The notes beneath the pieces were generated by a model that saw nothing but the letters and a program-made list of their open reading frames with translations, had not been told where the DNA came from and did no database searches. This document shows positions 32,636 through 41,862 of a stretch of 64,000 nt of DNA, one piece after another; the stretch's first letter is position 1, and each line of letters starts with the position of its first letter. Origin of the DNA: Candidatus Woesearchaeota archaeon (lineage in GTDB: Archaea; Nanobdellota; Nanobdellia; Woesearchaeales; ARS49); contig JAFCDQ010000002.1 in the NCBI GenBank assembly GCA_017609645.1, positions 65,260-129,259 of the forward strand. Direction: 5' to 3'. The position numbers and the translations under genes were made by a program.

Positions 32636-34459
32636 TTATTTTCCTTTTAATTGCTTTGCTTTATCAAAACATTTCTTTGCTTCTTCTAATTTGCCTAGTT
32701 TTTTTAAGGCATTTCCTTTGTTATTATAAACTTTAAAGTAGTTTGGGTGTAGTTTTATTGCTTGGTCATATGATTTTATTGCTTCTTCAAACTTACCTAA
32801 AAAATATAAAGCAGTTCCTTTGTTATTATGAGCTAGAAAGTAGTTTGGGTGTAGTTTTATTGCTTTGTCATATGATTTTATTGCTTCTTCTAATTTGCCT
32901 AGTTTTTGTAAGACAAATCCTTTGTTATTATAAGCTTTAAAGTAGTTTGGTTGTAGTTTTATTACTTTGTCATATGATTTTATTGCTTCTTCTAATTTGC
33001 CTAGTTTTTGTAAGACCAATCCTTTATTATAATAAGCATAAAGGAAATTTGGTTTTATTTCTATTACTTTATCATATGATTTTATTGCTTCTTCCAACTT
33101 ACCTAAAAAATTTAAAGCATTTCCTTTGTTATTATGAGCTTGAAAGTAGTTTGGTTTTAGTTTTATTGCTTTGTCATATGATTTTATTGCTTCTTCTGAT
33201 TTGCCTAGTTTTTGTAAGACAAATCCTTTTTTATAATAAACTTGAAAGTCGTTTGGTTTTAGTTCTATTACTTTGTCATATGATTTTATTGCTTCTTCTA
33301 ATTTGCCTAGTTTTTCTAAGGTATTTCCTTTGTTATTATGAACAGAGGCGTTGTTTGGTTTTAGTTTTATTGCTTTGTCATATGATTTTATGGCTTTTTC
33401 AAACTTACCTAATTTGTGTAAGGTATTTCCTTTGTTATTATGAACAGAGGCGTTGTTTGGTTGTATTTCTATTACTTTGTCATATGAGTTTATGGCTTCT
33501 TCTAATTTGCCTAGTTTTTCTAAGGCATATCCTTTGTTATTATGAACAGAGGCGTTGTTTGGTTGTAGTTTTATTGCTTGGTCATATGATTTTATTGCTT
33601 TTTCAAACTTACCTAAAATAATTAAAGCAGTTCCTTTGTTATAATAAGTTTTAAAGTCGTTTGGTTTTAGTTCTATTACTTTGTCAAATGATTTTATTGC
33701 TTCTTCTAATTTGCCTAGTTTTTGTAAGGCATATCCTTTGCCATTATGAGCAACGGCGTAGTCTGGTTTTAGTTTTATTGCTTTGTCATATGCTTTTATT
33801 GCTTCTTCAAACTTACCTAAAGAATATAAGGTAATTCCTGTATTATAAAAATTAAATGCTGTTTTTGTTGATTCTCTTTTCTTTGCTTCTTCTAATTTGC
33901 TTAGTTTTCGTAAGGCATATCCTTTGTTAACACGAGCAGTGGTGAAGTCTGGTTTTAGTCTTATTGCTTTGTCATATGATTTTATTGCTTCTTCAAACTT
34001 ACCTAATCCGTGTAAGGCACATCCTTTGCCATTATGAGCAAAGACGAAGTTTGGTTTTAGTTTTATTGCTTTGTCAAATGCTCTTATTGCTTCTTCAAAC
34101 TTACCTAAACCATTTAAAGCATTTCCTTTGTTATTATAAGCATAAGGATGGTTTAGGTTTAGTCTTATTGCTTTGTCATATGCTTTTATTGCTTCTTCTA
34201 ATTTGCCTAGTTTTTGTAAGTCATTTCCTGTATTATAAAAATTAGATGCTTTTTTTTGGGGTTTTCTTTTTGTTGTTGATTTTCTGTTTTTTGGAGTCAT
34301 TCCCCTATCCCATCTTTTTCTAATTTCTGCCGTCGTGGGATACCCAGACCCACCACCTCTAGAAAAATTTTTACAGCTTATTCCTAAGCCTGTTGTTACA
34401 CTCAGAAAAAAAAGAGTGCCTATTGCAACTAGTTTTTCTAGACTAAGTGGTTTTTTCAT
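32636..34459 (-). CDS. Secreted/lipoprotein TPR repeat protein (about 15-16 repeats)
   Basis: 34-aa units NNKG.AL.KLGKLEEAIKSYDKAIKL.PN on near-identical 102-bp DNA repeats; hydrophobic N-terminus ending LGISC. Confidence 0.93.
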   Translation of the reverse strand: MKKPLSLEKLVAIGTLFFLSVTTGLGISCKNFSRGGGSGYPTTAEIRKRWDRGMTPKNRKSTTKRKPQKKASNFYNTGNDLQKLGKLEEAIKAYDKAIRLNLNHPYAYNNKGNALNGLGKFEEAIRAFDKAIKLKPNFVFAHNGKGCALHGLGKFEEAIKSYDKAIRLKPDFTTARVNKGYALRKLSKLEEAKKRESTKTAFNFYNTGITLYSLGKFEEAIKAYDKAIKLKPDYAVAHNGKGYALQKLGKLEEAIKSFDKVIELKPNDFKTYYNKGTALIILGKFEKAIKSYDQAIKLQPNNASVHNNKGYALEKLGKLEEAINSYDKVIEIQPNNASVHNNKGNTLHKLGKFEKAIKSYDKAIKLKPNNASVHNNKGNTLEKLGKLEEAIKSYDKVIELKPNDFQVYYKKGFVLQKLGKSEEAIKSYDKAIKLKPNYFQAHNNKGNALNFLGKLEEAIKSYDKVIEIKPNFLYAYYNKGLVLQKLGKLEEAIKSYDKVIKLQPNYFKAYNNKGFVLQKLGKLEEAIKSYDKAIKLHPNYFLAHNNKGTALYFLGKFEEAIKSYDQAIKLHPNYFKVYNNKGNALKKLGKLEEAKKCFDKAKQLKGK

Positions 34460-34498
34460 GATTTTCCCCTAAATAAGCTTAAATATCCTTATTTTAGC

Positions 34499-34654
34499 TT
34501 GTATTTAAATAGTTTCCTACACAAAGGTATAGCCATCTCAGATAACCTAATCAAAGAAGTTAAAAGAGTTACCAAAGGCCGTATTAGTGTCTCAGGATTC
34601 ATCAGAATGGCAATAGTAAATGAATTAGAAAAAGTGAAGAGGAAAGAGGTTTGA
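34499..34654 (+). CDS. Small ribbon-helix-helix (CopG-like) protein or remnant (not in ORF track)
   Basis: KGIAISDNLIKEVKRVTKGRISVSGFIRMAIVNELEK fits the RHH pattern; only a TTG start is available. Confidence 0.55.
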   Translation: MYLNSFLHKGIAISDNLIKEVKRVTKGRISVSGFIRMAIVNELEKVKRKEV

Positions 34655-34656
34655 GA

Positions 34657-34711
34657 TTACCAGCCATAAACAGAAAAAATCAAACCTAGTTTATAAAAAT
34701 ATTGCTGAATT
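34657..34711. repeat. 55-bp direct repeat, copy 2 (orphan proS start plus promoter)
   Basis: Identical to 32567-32621. Confidence 0.95.
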
Positions 34712-35364
34712 TAAGATTGTTTTTTACCTTTGTAAAAATTACTAGCACAATCTATAAGGAATTTAGGCGCTTCCCAAAACACTGCTTTCGCACCCTTGCC
34801 AATCTTCTGACAATAAATTGGCACGTTATATCTTAACATTTTCATTGTATTAAACAAAACACTAGAATCATTGATTCTTGTTTTAACAAAACTAGCTATA
34901 TCTTTTGGCTTAACTAATTTAGAAGGATTACTTGCAATATAAGTTGGAGACTTAACAAATTCTGTAAATCCTGCAGTTCCAGTCCTATATTCTTCTTGAA
35001 ACTCTTTTTCAAAATTTTTATCCCATGTTAAAGTAATAATATTATTATCTCCTTTCTTAAACCAACCACCAATCTGCTTAACAACAGTCAAGTTCTTCAA
35101 AGCACAATAAGTCTGATCCTTACAATCTTCATAAGCTTTAAGATTATTCTTAAGCTGTTCCATCTTTTTCCCAGGATGCTCAACAATTTTCATAATATTA
35201 CTATCCGAATCCCCTCTTACATGCGCTTCAAAAACTTCTGTAACTTTAAGCAAATCTTTTTCTTCTTTTTCAATTAAACTTGTCAAAGAAATATAATCTT
35301 TCTCAAGATCTCTAAGATAATGTTTTGACTTAGGATTTTTCAAATATGTATCATAACCAATCAT
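34711..35364 (-). CDS. Hypothetical protein
   Basis: 217-aa ORF with GGGTGA RBS and native codon usage. Confidence 0.7.
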   Translation of the reverse strand: MIGYDTYLKNPKSKHYLRDLEKDYISLTSLIEKEEKDLLKVTEVFEAHVRGDSDSNIMKIVEHPGKKMEQLKNNLKAYEDCKDQTYCALKNLTVVKQIGGWFKKGDNNIITLTWDKNFEKEFQEEYRTGTAGFTEFVKSPTYIASNPSKLVKPKDIASFVKTRINDSSVLFNTMKMLRYNVPIYCQKIGKGAKAVFWEAPKFLIDCASNFYKGKKQS

Positions 35365-35398
35365 TTTTCACCCACTAAATCAGAAATCAGTATTTGAT

Positions 35399-36256
35399 TT
35401 ATAAAGTTTTCCTTACTGAGAAGTTAAACTTTTCAAGTTCATTCACAAGCTCATCTAATAAGAATTCAGGGCAGCTGGCTCCTGAAGAAATGCCTATTGT
35501 TTGAACATCATTAAGCCATTCTTCTTTAAGCTCTGATTTGTCAAGAATCAGATAAGCAGGAACACCTTGTTTTTTAGCAGTTTCCATCAACTTATTAGAA
35601 TTAGAACTATTCTTAGCACCAAGAACAAGAACTAAATCACATTTTTTAGCTAAATCCTTAACAGCATTTTGACGATTAGTCGTAGCATGACAAATACCCC
35701 CTTCAAACTTTAACTCAGGAAACTTTTCCTTTAATTTAGCAGGGATTTCCTCAGCATCATCAACAGACAAAGTAGTTTGTGTCAAGCAAACAAGCTTGCC
35801 ATTATCAATATTTAACTTATCAACATCCTCTGCTGAGTTAATAACAAACATATCAGCCTCACCAAGAACACCCTCCACCTCTGCATGACCTTTCTTACCT
35901 ATATATATAATAGTATAACCCTGAGAAGAATAATTTCTAACTTTATCATGAACTAACTGCACTAAAGAACAAGTAGCATCAATAACTTTCAAATTCTTTT
36001 CCTCTGCTTTTTTTCTAAATGCAGGAGAGACTCCATGAGCACTAAACACTAACGCAGAATCATCAGGAACCTCATCTAAACTATCAACAAAAACAACACC
36101 TTTATCCTTAAAAGAATTAATAACAAAAGGATTATGAACAAGTTCGTGAAGAACATATACTTTATCAAACTCATTCACAGCCATATTCAAGATAGTTATG
36201 GCGCTTTTTACACCCTCACAAAAACCATGAGATTGAGCAACAATAATTTCCCCCAT
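35399..36256 (-). CDS. ispH: 4-hydroxy-3-methylbut-2-enyl diphosphate reductase
   Basis: GFCEGV, VHN, SAHGV, DATC, GHAEV, TQTT, ICHATTNRQ, NSSNS and SGASCP. Confidence 0.96.
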   Translation of the reverse strand: MGEIIVAQSHGFCEGVKSAITILNMAVNEFDKVYVLHELVHNPFVINSFKDKGVVFVDSLDEVPDDSALVFSAHGVSPAFRKKAEEKNLKVIDATCSLVQLVHDKVRNYSSQGYTIIYIGKKGHAEVEGVLGEADMFVINSAEDVDKLNIDNGKLVCLTQTTLSVDDAEEIPAKLKEKFPELKFEGGICHATTNRQNAVKDLAKKCDLVLVLGAKNSSNSNKLMETAKKQGVPAYLILDKSELKEEWLNDVQTIGISSGASCPEFLLDELVNELEKFNFSVRKTL

Positions 36257-36312
36257 ATTAGAGAAAAACAACAATAAGCTTTTTAAAAGTCTTCCCTTTT
36301 TTTCAGAGAATC

Positions 36313-39300
36313 ATGCAATATTTTCCTAAGACAATAGAACCAAGCATACTGGCTTTTTGGAAAGACAACAAAACATATGAAAAAGCCAAAGAGAAATGCG
36401 AAAAAGGAAAGAAATTCTACTACTTAGACGGCCCTCCATACACATCAGGAAAAGTCCACCTAGGAACTGCCTGGGGAAAAGCACTAAGAGACAGCTTAAT
36501 GCGATACAAAAGAATGGCAGGCATGAATGTATGGGACAGAGCAGGATTTGACACACACGGACTGCCAACAGCACACGCAGTAGAAAAAAAATTCGGCATA
36601 AAACATAAAGATGAAATCCCGCAATTTGGCATAGCAAAGTTCATTTCTGAATGCAAGAAATTATGCAAAGAAAACAAAGACATAATGGTAGAAGATTTTA
36701 AAAAAATGGGAATATGGATGGGCTTTGACAAACCATACATGACGTTAGATAATTCTTACATAGAAAGTGAATGGTGGCTGATAAAAAAAGCACATGAAAA
36801 CAAAAGATTATATGAAGGGGAAAAAACAATGCACTGGTGTGCTGATTGCGGAACAGCACTAGCAAAACACGAACTAGAATACAAAAACGTAAAAGATGAC
36901 TCCATATTCTTAAAATTCAAAATAAAAGGAAAAGAAAATGAATACTTAATAATCTGGACAACAACACCATGGACAATTCCTTTTAATCTAGCAGTAATGG
37001 TCAACCCAGAAGAAGAATATGTCAAAGCCAAAGTAGATCAGGAAGTCTGGATATTAGCAGGAAAACTAGCAGGGTTATTCATACAAGGAGTAGCTGACAA
37101 AAAATACAAAGTCATAGAAACCTTCAAAGGAGATAAACTAGAAGGCGTTGAATATGAACATCCCTTATATGAAGAACTAAAAGAAATATATGACAAAATA
37201 AAGAAAAAATCACCAAAATCATGCACAGTAGTTTTAAGCACAGAATATGTAGATGTAAATTCTGGGTCAGGCCTTGTTCATTGCGCACCAGGATGCGGAC
37301 CAGAAGACTATGAAGTAGGACATGACAATAAAATAGCGCCATTTAATAATCTAAAAGAAGATGGAAGCTTTCCAAAAGAAATGGGAATGTTTGCGGGCTT
37401 AGTTGCAAAAAAAGATGACAAAAAATTCATAGAACACTTTGAAAAAAAAGGAATCCTAATCGCATCAAATCCTGTAGAACATGAATATGCGCATTGCTGG
37501 AGATGCAAAAGCCCTGTAATTTTCAGAACAACAAAACAATGGTTCTTCAAAGTAGAAGACTTAAAAGAAGAAATGCGCGAGCTGAATAAAAAAATATTCT
37601 GGCAGCCTGACTGGGCAGGAAACAAACAATTTGATTCTTGGCTTGAAAATTTAAGAGATAATGGAATTACAAGACAAAGATACTGGGGATGTCCTGCACC
37701 AATATGGAGATGCAGTAAATGCAAAAAATATGAAGTCATAGGATCTGTAAAAGAACTAGAAGAAAAAAGCAAACAAAAAGCACCTAAAGATCTACACATT
37801 CCTGAAATAGACCAAGTTGAAATCAAATGTTCTTGCGGAGAAACAATGAAAAGAATACCTGACATACTAGATGTCTGGGTAGATGCAGGAGTATCATCCT
37901 GGGCATGTCTTGATTATCCAGCAAGAGAAGATTGGTTTAAAGAATGGTGGCCAGCAGACTTTATACTAGAAGGAAAAGACCAAATCCGAGGCTGGTTTAA
38001 CTTATTATTTGTAGCATCAATGGTAAGCATGAAAAAACCAAGCTACAAAGCAGTATATATGCACGGTTTTATCAATGATTCACAAGGAAGAAAAATGTCA
38101 AAATCTGTTGGAAACTATATACTTCCAGCAGAAGTAATAGACAATTACGGCTCTGATACTCTGCGTTATTATACTATTGGAGCAGCAGATCCAGGACTAG
38201 ACTTAAACTACAACCACGCAGACTGCAAACTAAAAATGAAAAATTTAGTTGTATTCTGGAATCTTCATAATTTCATCTTAGATTTGGCAAAAGAATTAGG
38301 CGTTAATCCTTTGGAGCTAGATGCAGAATTAATGGAAAACAAATTCGGAGTAGAAGAAAAATTCATATTCTCAAAATTAAATTCAACAATACAAAAACAA
38401 ACAGAACTATATGAACAATATCAACTAAATGAAACACCAAAAAATGCAGAAGATTTGTTTTTGAGCTTAAGCAGAAATTATATACAAATGGTAAGAGAAA
38501 AATCTGCCGGCGGAGCAGAAGATGAGAAAAAAATAGTGCTTTACTCTGTTGTTAAAACTTACTTAGCAAGCTTAAAACTAATGGCGCCAATCGCTCCATT
38601 TATCACAGAACAAATCTGGCTAAACTTAAAAGATGCATTTGGAATGAAAGAAGAATCAATTCATCTTTGCGACTGGCCAAAAGCTGACACTAAAAAAATA
38701 AACAAAGAACTAGAAGAACAGTTTGCAATTGTAAGCAGCACAATACAATCAGCATTAGCTGCAAGAGAAAAAGCAAAAATCAGTTTAAGATGGCCAATAC
38801 AAAAAATAAAAGTATTAACAAGAAATGACGAAGTGTTTAATGCTGTAGAAGAACTAGATGCAATAATCAAAAGACTAGTCAATGTAAAAGAAGTTCATGT
38901 AAACAAGGACTTGCCGGAAATTTCTGAAAACGTCAAACCACACAAATCAAACATAGGAAAAGAATACGGCAAATTCAAAGACCAAATACTTGCTGAACTA
39001 GAAAAAATAAATGACAAAGAAATTTTAACAAAAGTAGCGCAAAAAGGAAGATTGACAATGAGTGTGGATGAGAATAAAATAGAATTAAACAGAACTCATT
39101 TCATAGTTGAACAAGAAGTTCCTAAAAACTTAGTTGGAATTGATTTCAAAAGAGGAACAGTATTTGTTGACACTGAATTAAATTATGAATTACTAGCAGA
39201 AGGTTATTCAAGAGAGATAACAAGAAGAGTCCAGGCACTGCGTAAAAAAGCAGGACTTGAAAAGCAGGACAGAATTAAATTATTCATCAGAGTTGATGAA

Positions 39301-39453
39301 GAATTAAAAAGCATGCTGGTCTATTGGACTGAAAAAATAAAAGAAAAAGTAGGCGCAAGCAGCATAAAAATAGATGTTGAAGATCCTTCTAAAGAATACG
39401 ATAATACATCAGAAGAAAGAATAAAAGAGAAGGTTGTTAATATTTATTTCTGA
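36313..39453 (+). CDS. ileS: Isoleucyl-tRNA synthetase, archaeal type
   Basis: DGPPY, HLGT, WTTTPWT, RQRYWG, EGKDQIRGWF and KMSKS. Confidence 0.97.
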   Translation: MQYFPKTIEPSILAFWKDNKTYEKAKEKCEKGKKFYYLDGPPYTSGKVHLGTAWGKALRDSLMRYKRMAGMNVWDRAGFDTHGLPTAHAVEKKFGIKHKDEIPQFGIAKFISECKKLCKENKDIMVEDFKKMGIWMGFDKPYMTLDNSYIESEWWLIKKAHENKRLYEGEKTMHWCADCGTALAKHELEYKNVKDDSIFLKFKIKGKENEYLIIWTTTPWTIPFNLAVMVNPEEEYVKAKVDQEVWILAGKLAGLFIQGVADKKYKVIETFKGDKLEGVEYEHPLYEELKEIYDKIKKKSPKSCTVVLSTEYVDVNSGSGLVHCAPGCGPEDYEVGHDNKIAPFNNLKEDGSFPKEMGMFAGLVAKKDDKKFIEHFEKKGILIASNPVEHEYAHCWRCKSPVIFRTTKQWFFKVEDLKEEMRELNKKIFWQPDWAGNKQFDSWLENLRDNGITRQRYWGCPAPIWRCSKCKKYEVIGSVKELEEKSKQKAPKDLHIPEIDQVEIKCSCGETMKRIPDILDVWVDAGVSSWACLDYPAREDWFKEWWPADFILEGKDQIRGWFNLLFVASMVSMKKPSYKAVYMHGFINDSQGRKMSKSVGNYILPAEVIDNYGSDTLRYYTIGAADPGLDLNYNHADCKLKMKNLVVFWNLHNFILDLAKELGVNPLELDAELMENKFGVEEKFIFSKLNSTIQKQTELYEQYQLNETPKNAEDLFLSLSRNYIQMVREKSAGGAEDEKKIVLYSVVKTYLASLKLMAPIAPFITEQIWLNLKDAFGMKEESIHLCDWPKADTKKINKELEEQFAIVSSTIQSALAAREKAKISLRWPIQKIKVLTRNDEVFNAVEELDAIIKRLVNVKEVHVNKDLPEISENVKPHKSNIGKEYGKFKDQILAELEKINDKEILTKVAQKGRLTMSVDENKIELNRTHFIVEQEVPKNLVGIDFKRGTVFVDTELNYELLAEGYSREITRRVQALRKKAGLEKQDRIKLFIRVDEELKSMLVYWTEKIKEKVGASSIKIDVEDPSKEYDNTSEERIKEKVVNIYF

Positions 39454-40217
39454 ACTTCAGGCTTCATAAATTTAGTATAATGCAAACTAAGTTCTTCATT
39501 CACAGCGAAAACAAGCCCGTTATCTTCAGTCTTAAGAGCATAACAATTAAAATTGAAATATCCATTAGCAAGATCAATTATACCTGTTTCAGGATCAAAT
39601 ACATCTTTTTTTGGATCAAATACAACTTTATTTATAATAAAATAAAATTCTTTAGCATAATTTACATCGCTAAGAGCCAACATCTTAGACGCTAATTCAA
39701 TTCCATTAGAAAAATCTGCATCTGCTTGCTGAATTTCATTTAAATAAGAAGAATCTTTCATCAACCCCACATCAGAAACACGCACACTATTTTTTTCAAT
39801 TTTTCCAGTTGTCTTTGTTACATCTATCTTTTGTTTAAGCTTATGCAACTCCTGATACTGTTTTAGTACCATAGAACTTATTTGCAAATTTAAACAAAGC
39901 TTAAGATAATTTGGCAATTCTTTTGAGATTCTTTCAAAGTCCAAACCGTCAACTTGTTTATAATATTTCAAATAATCAGCATAGTTATCTGCTTCTGCTT
40001 TAATTGAAAAATCAGAAAAAGTAAACATAGAAGAATCATATTCACCATCATTAATTATTTGCTTTAGAGCTTCAAATTTAGCTTTAGCAAGACCTTCGGG
40101 TTTTGCAGAAAAAACAATAGGCTCATCACTGATTTTATGATGCATCGATCTTAAAGCTAAATGCATCATAACAACATCTTCTAAGTTTAAAGGAATGTAA
40201 TCAGTCATATTAAACAT
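39444..40217 (-). CDS. Hypothetical protein
   Basis: 257-aa ORF with TATA upstream; converges on and overlaps the ileS stop. Confidence 0.65.
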   Translation of the reverse strand: MFNMTDYIPLNLEDVVMMHLALRSMHHKISDEPIVFSAKPEGLAKAKFEALKQIINDGEYDSSMFTFSDFSIKAEADNYADYLKYYKQVDGLDFERISKELPNYLKLCLNLQISSMVLKQYQELHKLKQKIDVTKTTGKIEKNSVRVSDVGLMKDSSYLNEIQQADADFSNGIELASKMLALSDVNYAKEFYFIINKVVFDPKKDVFDPETGIIDLANGYFNFNCYALKTEDNGLVFAVNEELSLHYTKFMKPEVQK

Positions 40218-40340
40218 AAAATAAGAATTCTTTATAAATTTTGCTGTCCGTCACCACTTGAAAGTGGCTGATTATTTTTTATTAAAAATCAATCAAAATT
40301 TAAATAAAAGCAAAACATTATTTATTAAAAAGGTGATAAA

Positions 40341-40865
40341 ATGAGGAAAATAACTATATTGATACTGTTTTTATTAGTAGTTGCTTGTGCGTCTGTGCAA
40401 AAAGAAGGCAAAGCAAAAGAAATGCCTGCACAAATACAAACAGAAGAAGTTATTGAAGAACCAATCACTTGCTGCTGTGAAATACAAGACACATACATGT
40501 TCTTAAGAAAAACAGAATGTCAAAACTGTGTAGAAGACAATAAATGTTTACAAACACCAGAAAAAACACAAGCTGAAAAGGAAAAAGAAATAGTAGACAT
40601 AGCAATGGGAAAAACAGGATATCCTGCAAGTGACTTAACCGCAAGAGTCTGCTGTGTAGTTCCGATGCCCAGAGCAAGAATGCCATATGAAAAAGCATTT
40701 GACACAACAAAACAAAGATGCATGGAATTAAAAGGAACAGGACAGATATGGGAAAAATGCTATGAAGAAGTATGCTGTGACAGAATAGGCAGATTAGTAA
40801 AAAGAAAATTCATGGAATGCAAAAATGAAGGCGGCACAATAGTAGAAAAAGAAAAATGCTTATGA
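40341..40865 (+). CDS. Cys-rich lipoprotein
   Basis: Lipobox VVAC and three CC...C...C repeats; GGTGA RBS. Confidence 0.75.
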   Translation: MRKITILILFLLVVACASVQKEGKAKEMPAQIQTEEVIEEPITCCCEIQDTYMFLRKTECQNCVEDNKCLQTPEKTQAEKEKEIVDIAMGKTGYPASDLTARVCCVVPMPRARMPYEKAFDTTKQRCMELKGTGQIWEKCYEEVCCDRIGRLVKRKFMECKNEGGTIVEKEKCL

Positions 40866-41072
40866 TTTCTTTTTTTTATTTTTAATAAAAACAGTTACTG
40901 AAATCAACAAGAAAGCCAAAACAATAGCACCAAGAATCTTAGCAAAAGACATATTAGCTCCTTCTCCCTTAACAAAACCAGAAAGATTAAACTTAGAAGA
41001 TTCTTCCTGAACATCATCAGCAAAAGCAAAAACTGACAACAAAACCAACAAAATAATAAAAGCTGTTTTCAT
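40860..41072 (-). CDS. Small protein with signal peptide and C-terminal TM
   Basis: MKTAFIILL...AFA, then G-A motif, TM and Lys tail. Confidence 0.65.
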   Translation of the reverse strand: MKTAFIILLVLLSVFAFADDVQEESSKFNLSGFVKGEGANMSFAKILGAIVLAFLLISVTVFIKNKKKKS

Positions 41073-41167
41073 GAAAAATATGAATATTAAAGAACTTTTA
41101 AACCTTTCTAAAACGCTAGATTTTTAAATACTGGCGTATATAATAGATTAAAAGAGAGGTGTTATCA

Positions 41168-41482
41168 ATGCAAGACAAAAAGGTGATGCTACTGGGCATT
41201 TGGTCTATAATAGCCATTCTAGCAATAATAATCTTTGTAATAATGGTATTAAACTGGACAACGCCTATTCAAGGAGCATACACAAAATCAGCAGGATATC
41301 TACAATTTGATCCAGATGAATTATGCAATCTAGCAGGAGGCACAGTAGCCCAAGTAAGAAATATACCACCAAGTCAAGGACCAGTAGTTGACTGCGACCT
41401 CAATGGAATCATAAAAACATATCCTTTATTTCAGAAAAATCTAGGAGTATTCCCAACTGCAGGAAATTTACGAACAATTTAG
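41168..41482 (+). CDS. Small membrane-anchored disulfide protein, paralog 1
   Basis: DKKVMLLGIW TM, IQGAY, DPDELC and VDC; GAGGTG RBS. Confidence 0.75.
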   Translation: MQDKKVMLLGIWSIIAILAIIIFVIMVLNWTTPIQGAYTKSAGYLQFDPDELCNLAGGTVAQVRNIPPSQGPVVDCDLNGIIKTYPLFQKNLGVFPTAGNLRTI

Positions 41483-41494
41483 AGGTGATAATAA

Positions 41495-41806
41495 ATGAAA
41501 GACAGAAAAATGATGCTATTAGGTATATGGGCAGTAATAGCAATAATAGTAATAATATTATTTGTAATTCTCATAGTACAACAAAACACAATAGAAGGAG
41601 CCTTCACACAATCAAGAAGCGGATATCGCAATTATGACCCAAAAGAACTCTGCGCAGCAAATGATTGTCTTTATGCAGGACACATAAGCAACCTGCCTGC
41701 TTCAATGGGACCTGCAAGAGTTGACTGTTATTGCGAAGGAGAATTAACAACATTCCAACTGCCAAGATCTACAGCAGATCATGCATACTTTGCTTATAAT
41801 TATTAA
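41495..41806 (+). CDS. Small membrane-anchored disulfide protein, paralog 2
   Basis: DRKMMLLGIW TM, IEGAF, DPKELC and VDC; GAGGTGA RBS. Confidence 0.75.
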   Translation: MKDRKMMLLGIWAVIAIIVIILFVILIVQQNTIEGAFTQSRSGYRNYDPKELCAANDCLYAGHISNLPASMGPARVDCYCEGELTTFQLPRSTADHAYFAYNY

Positions 41807-41813
41807 TTTTTTT
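41782..41813. repeat. 32-bp direct repeat, copy 1 (3' end of upstream gene plus T-run)
   Basis: Matches 42779-42810 with one mismatch. Confidence 0.8.
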
Positions 41814-41862
41814 TCTTAAGAAATTAGTAACATTAATAAAAAAGCGAGGATTTCATATATAA

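Noticed and set aside
32947-33621. 224-aa plus-strand repetitive ORF and other antisense ORFs (e.g. 37308-37865, 50810-51286)
   Set aside because: Antisense shadows of real genes, favoured by the strong codon skew.
32636-34459. Diversity-generating retroelement target in the TPR repeats
   Set aside because: No reverse transcriptase or template repeat in the window, and differences are not confined to adenines.
36313-36500. HLGT in place of HIGH in IleRS
   Set aside because: This is a normal archaeal IleRS variant.
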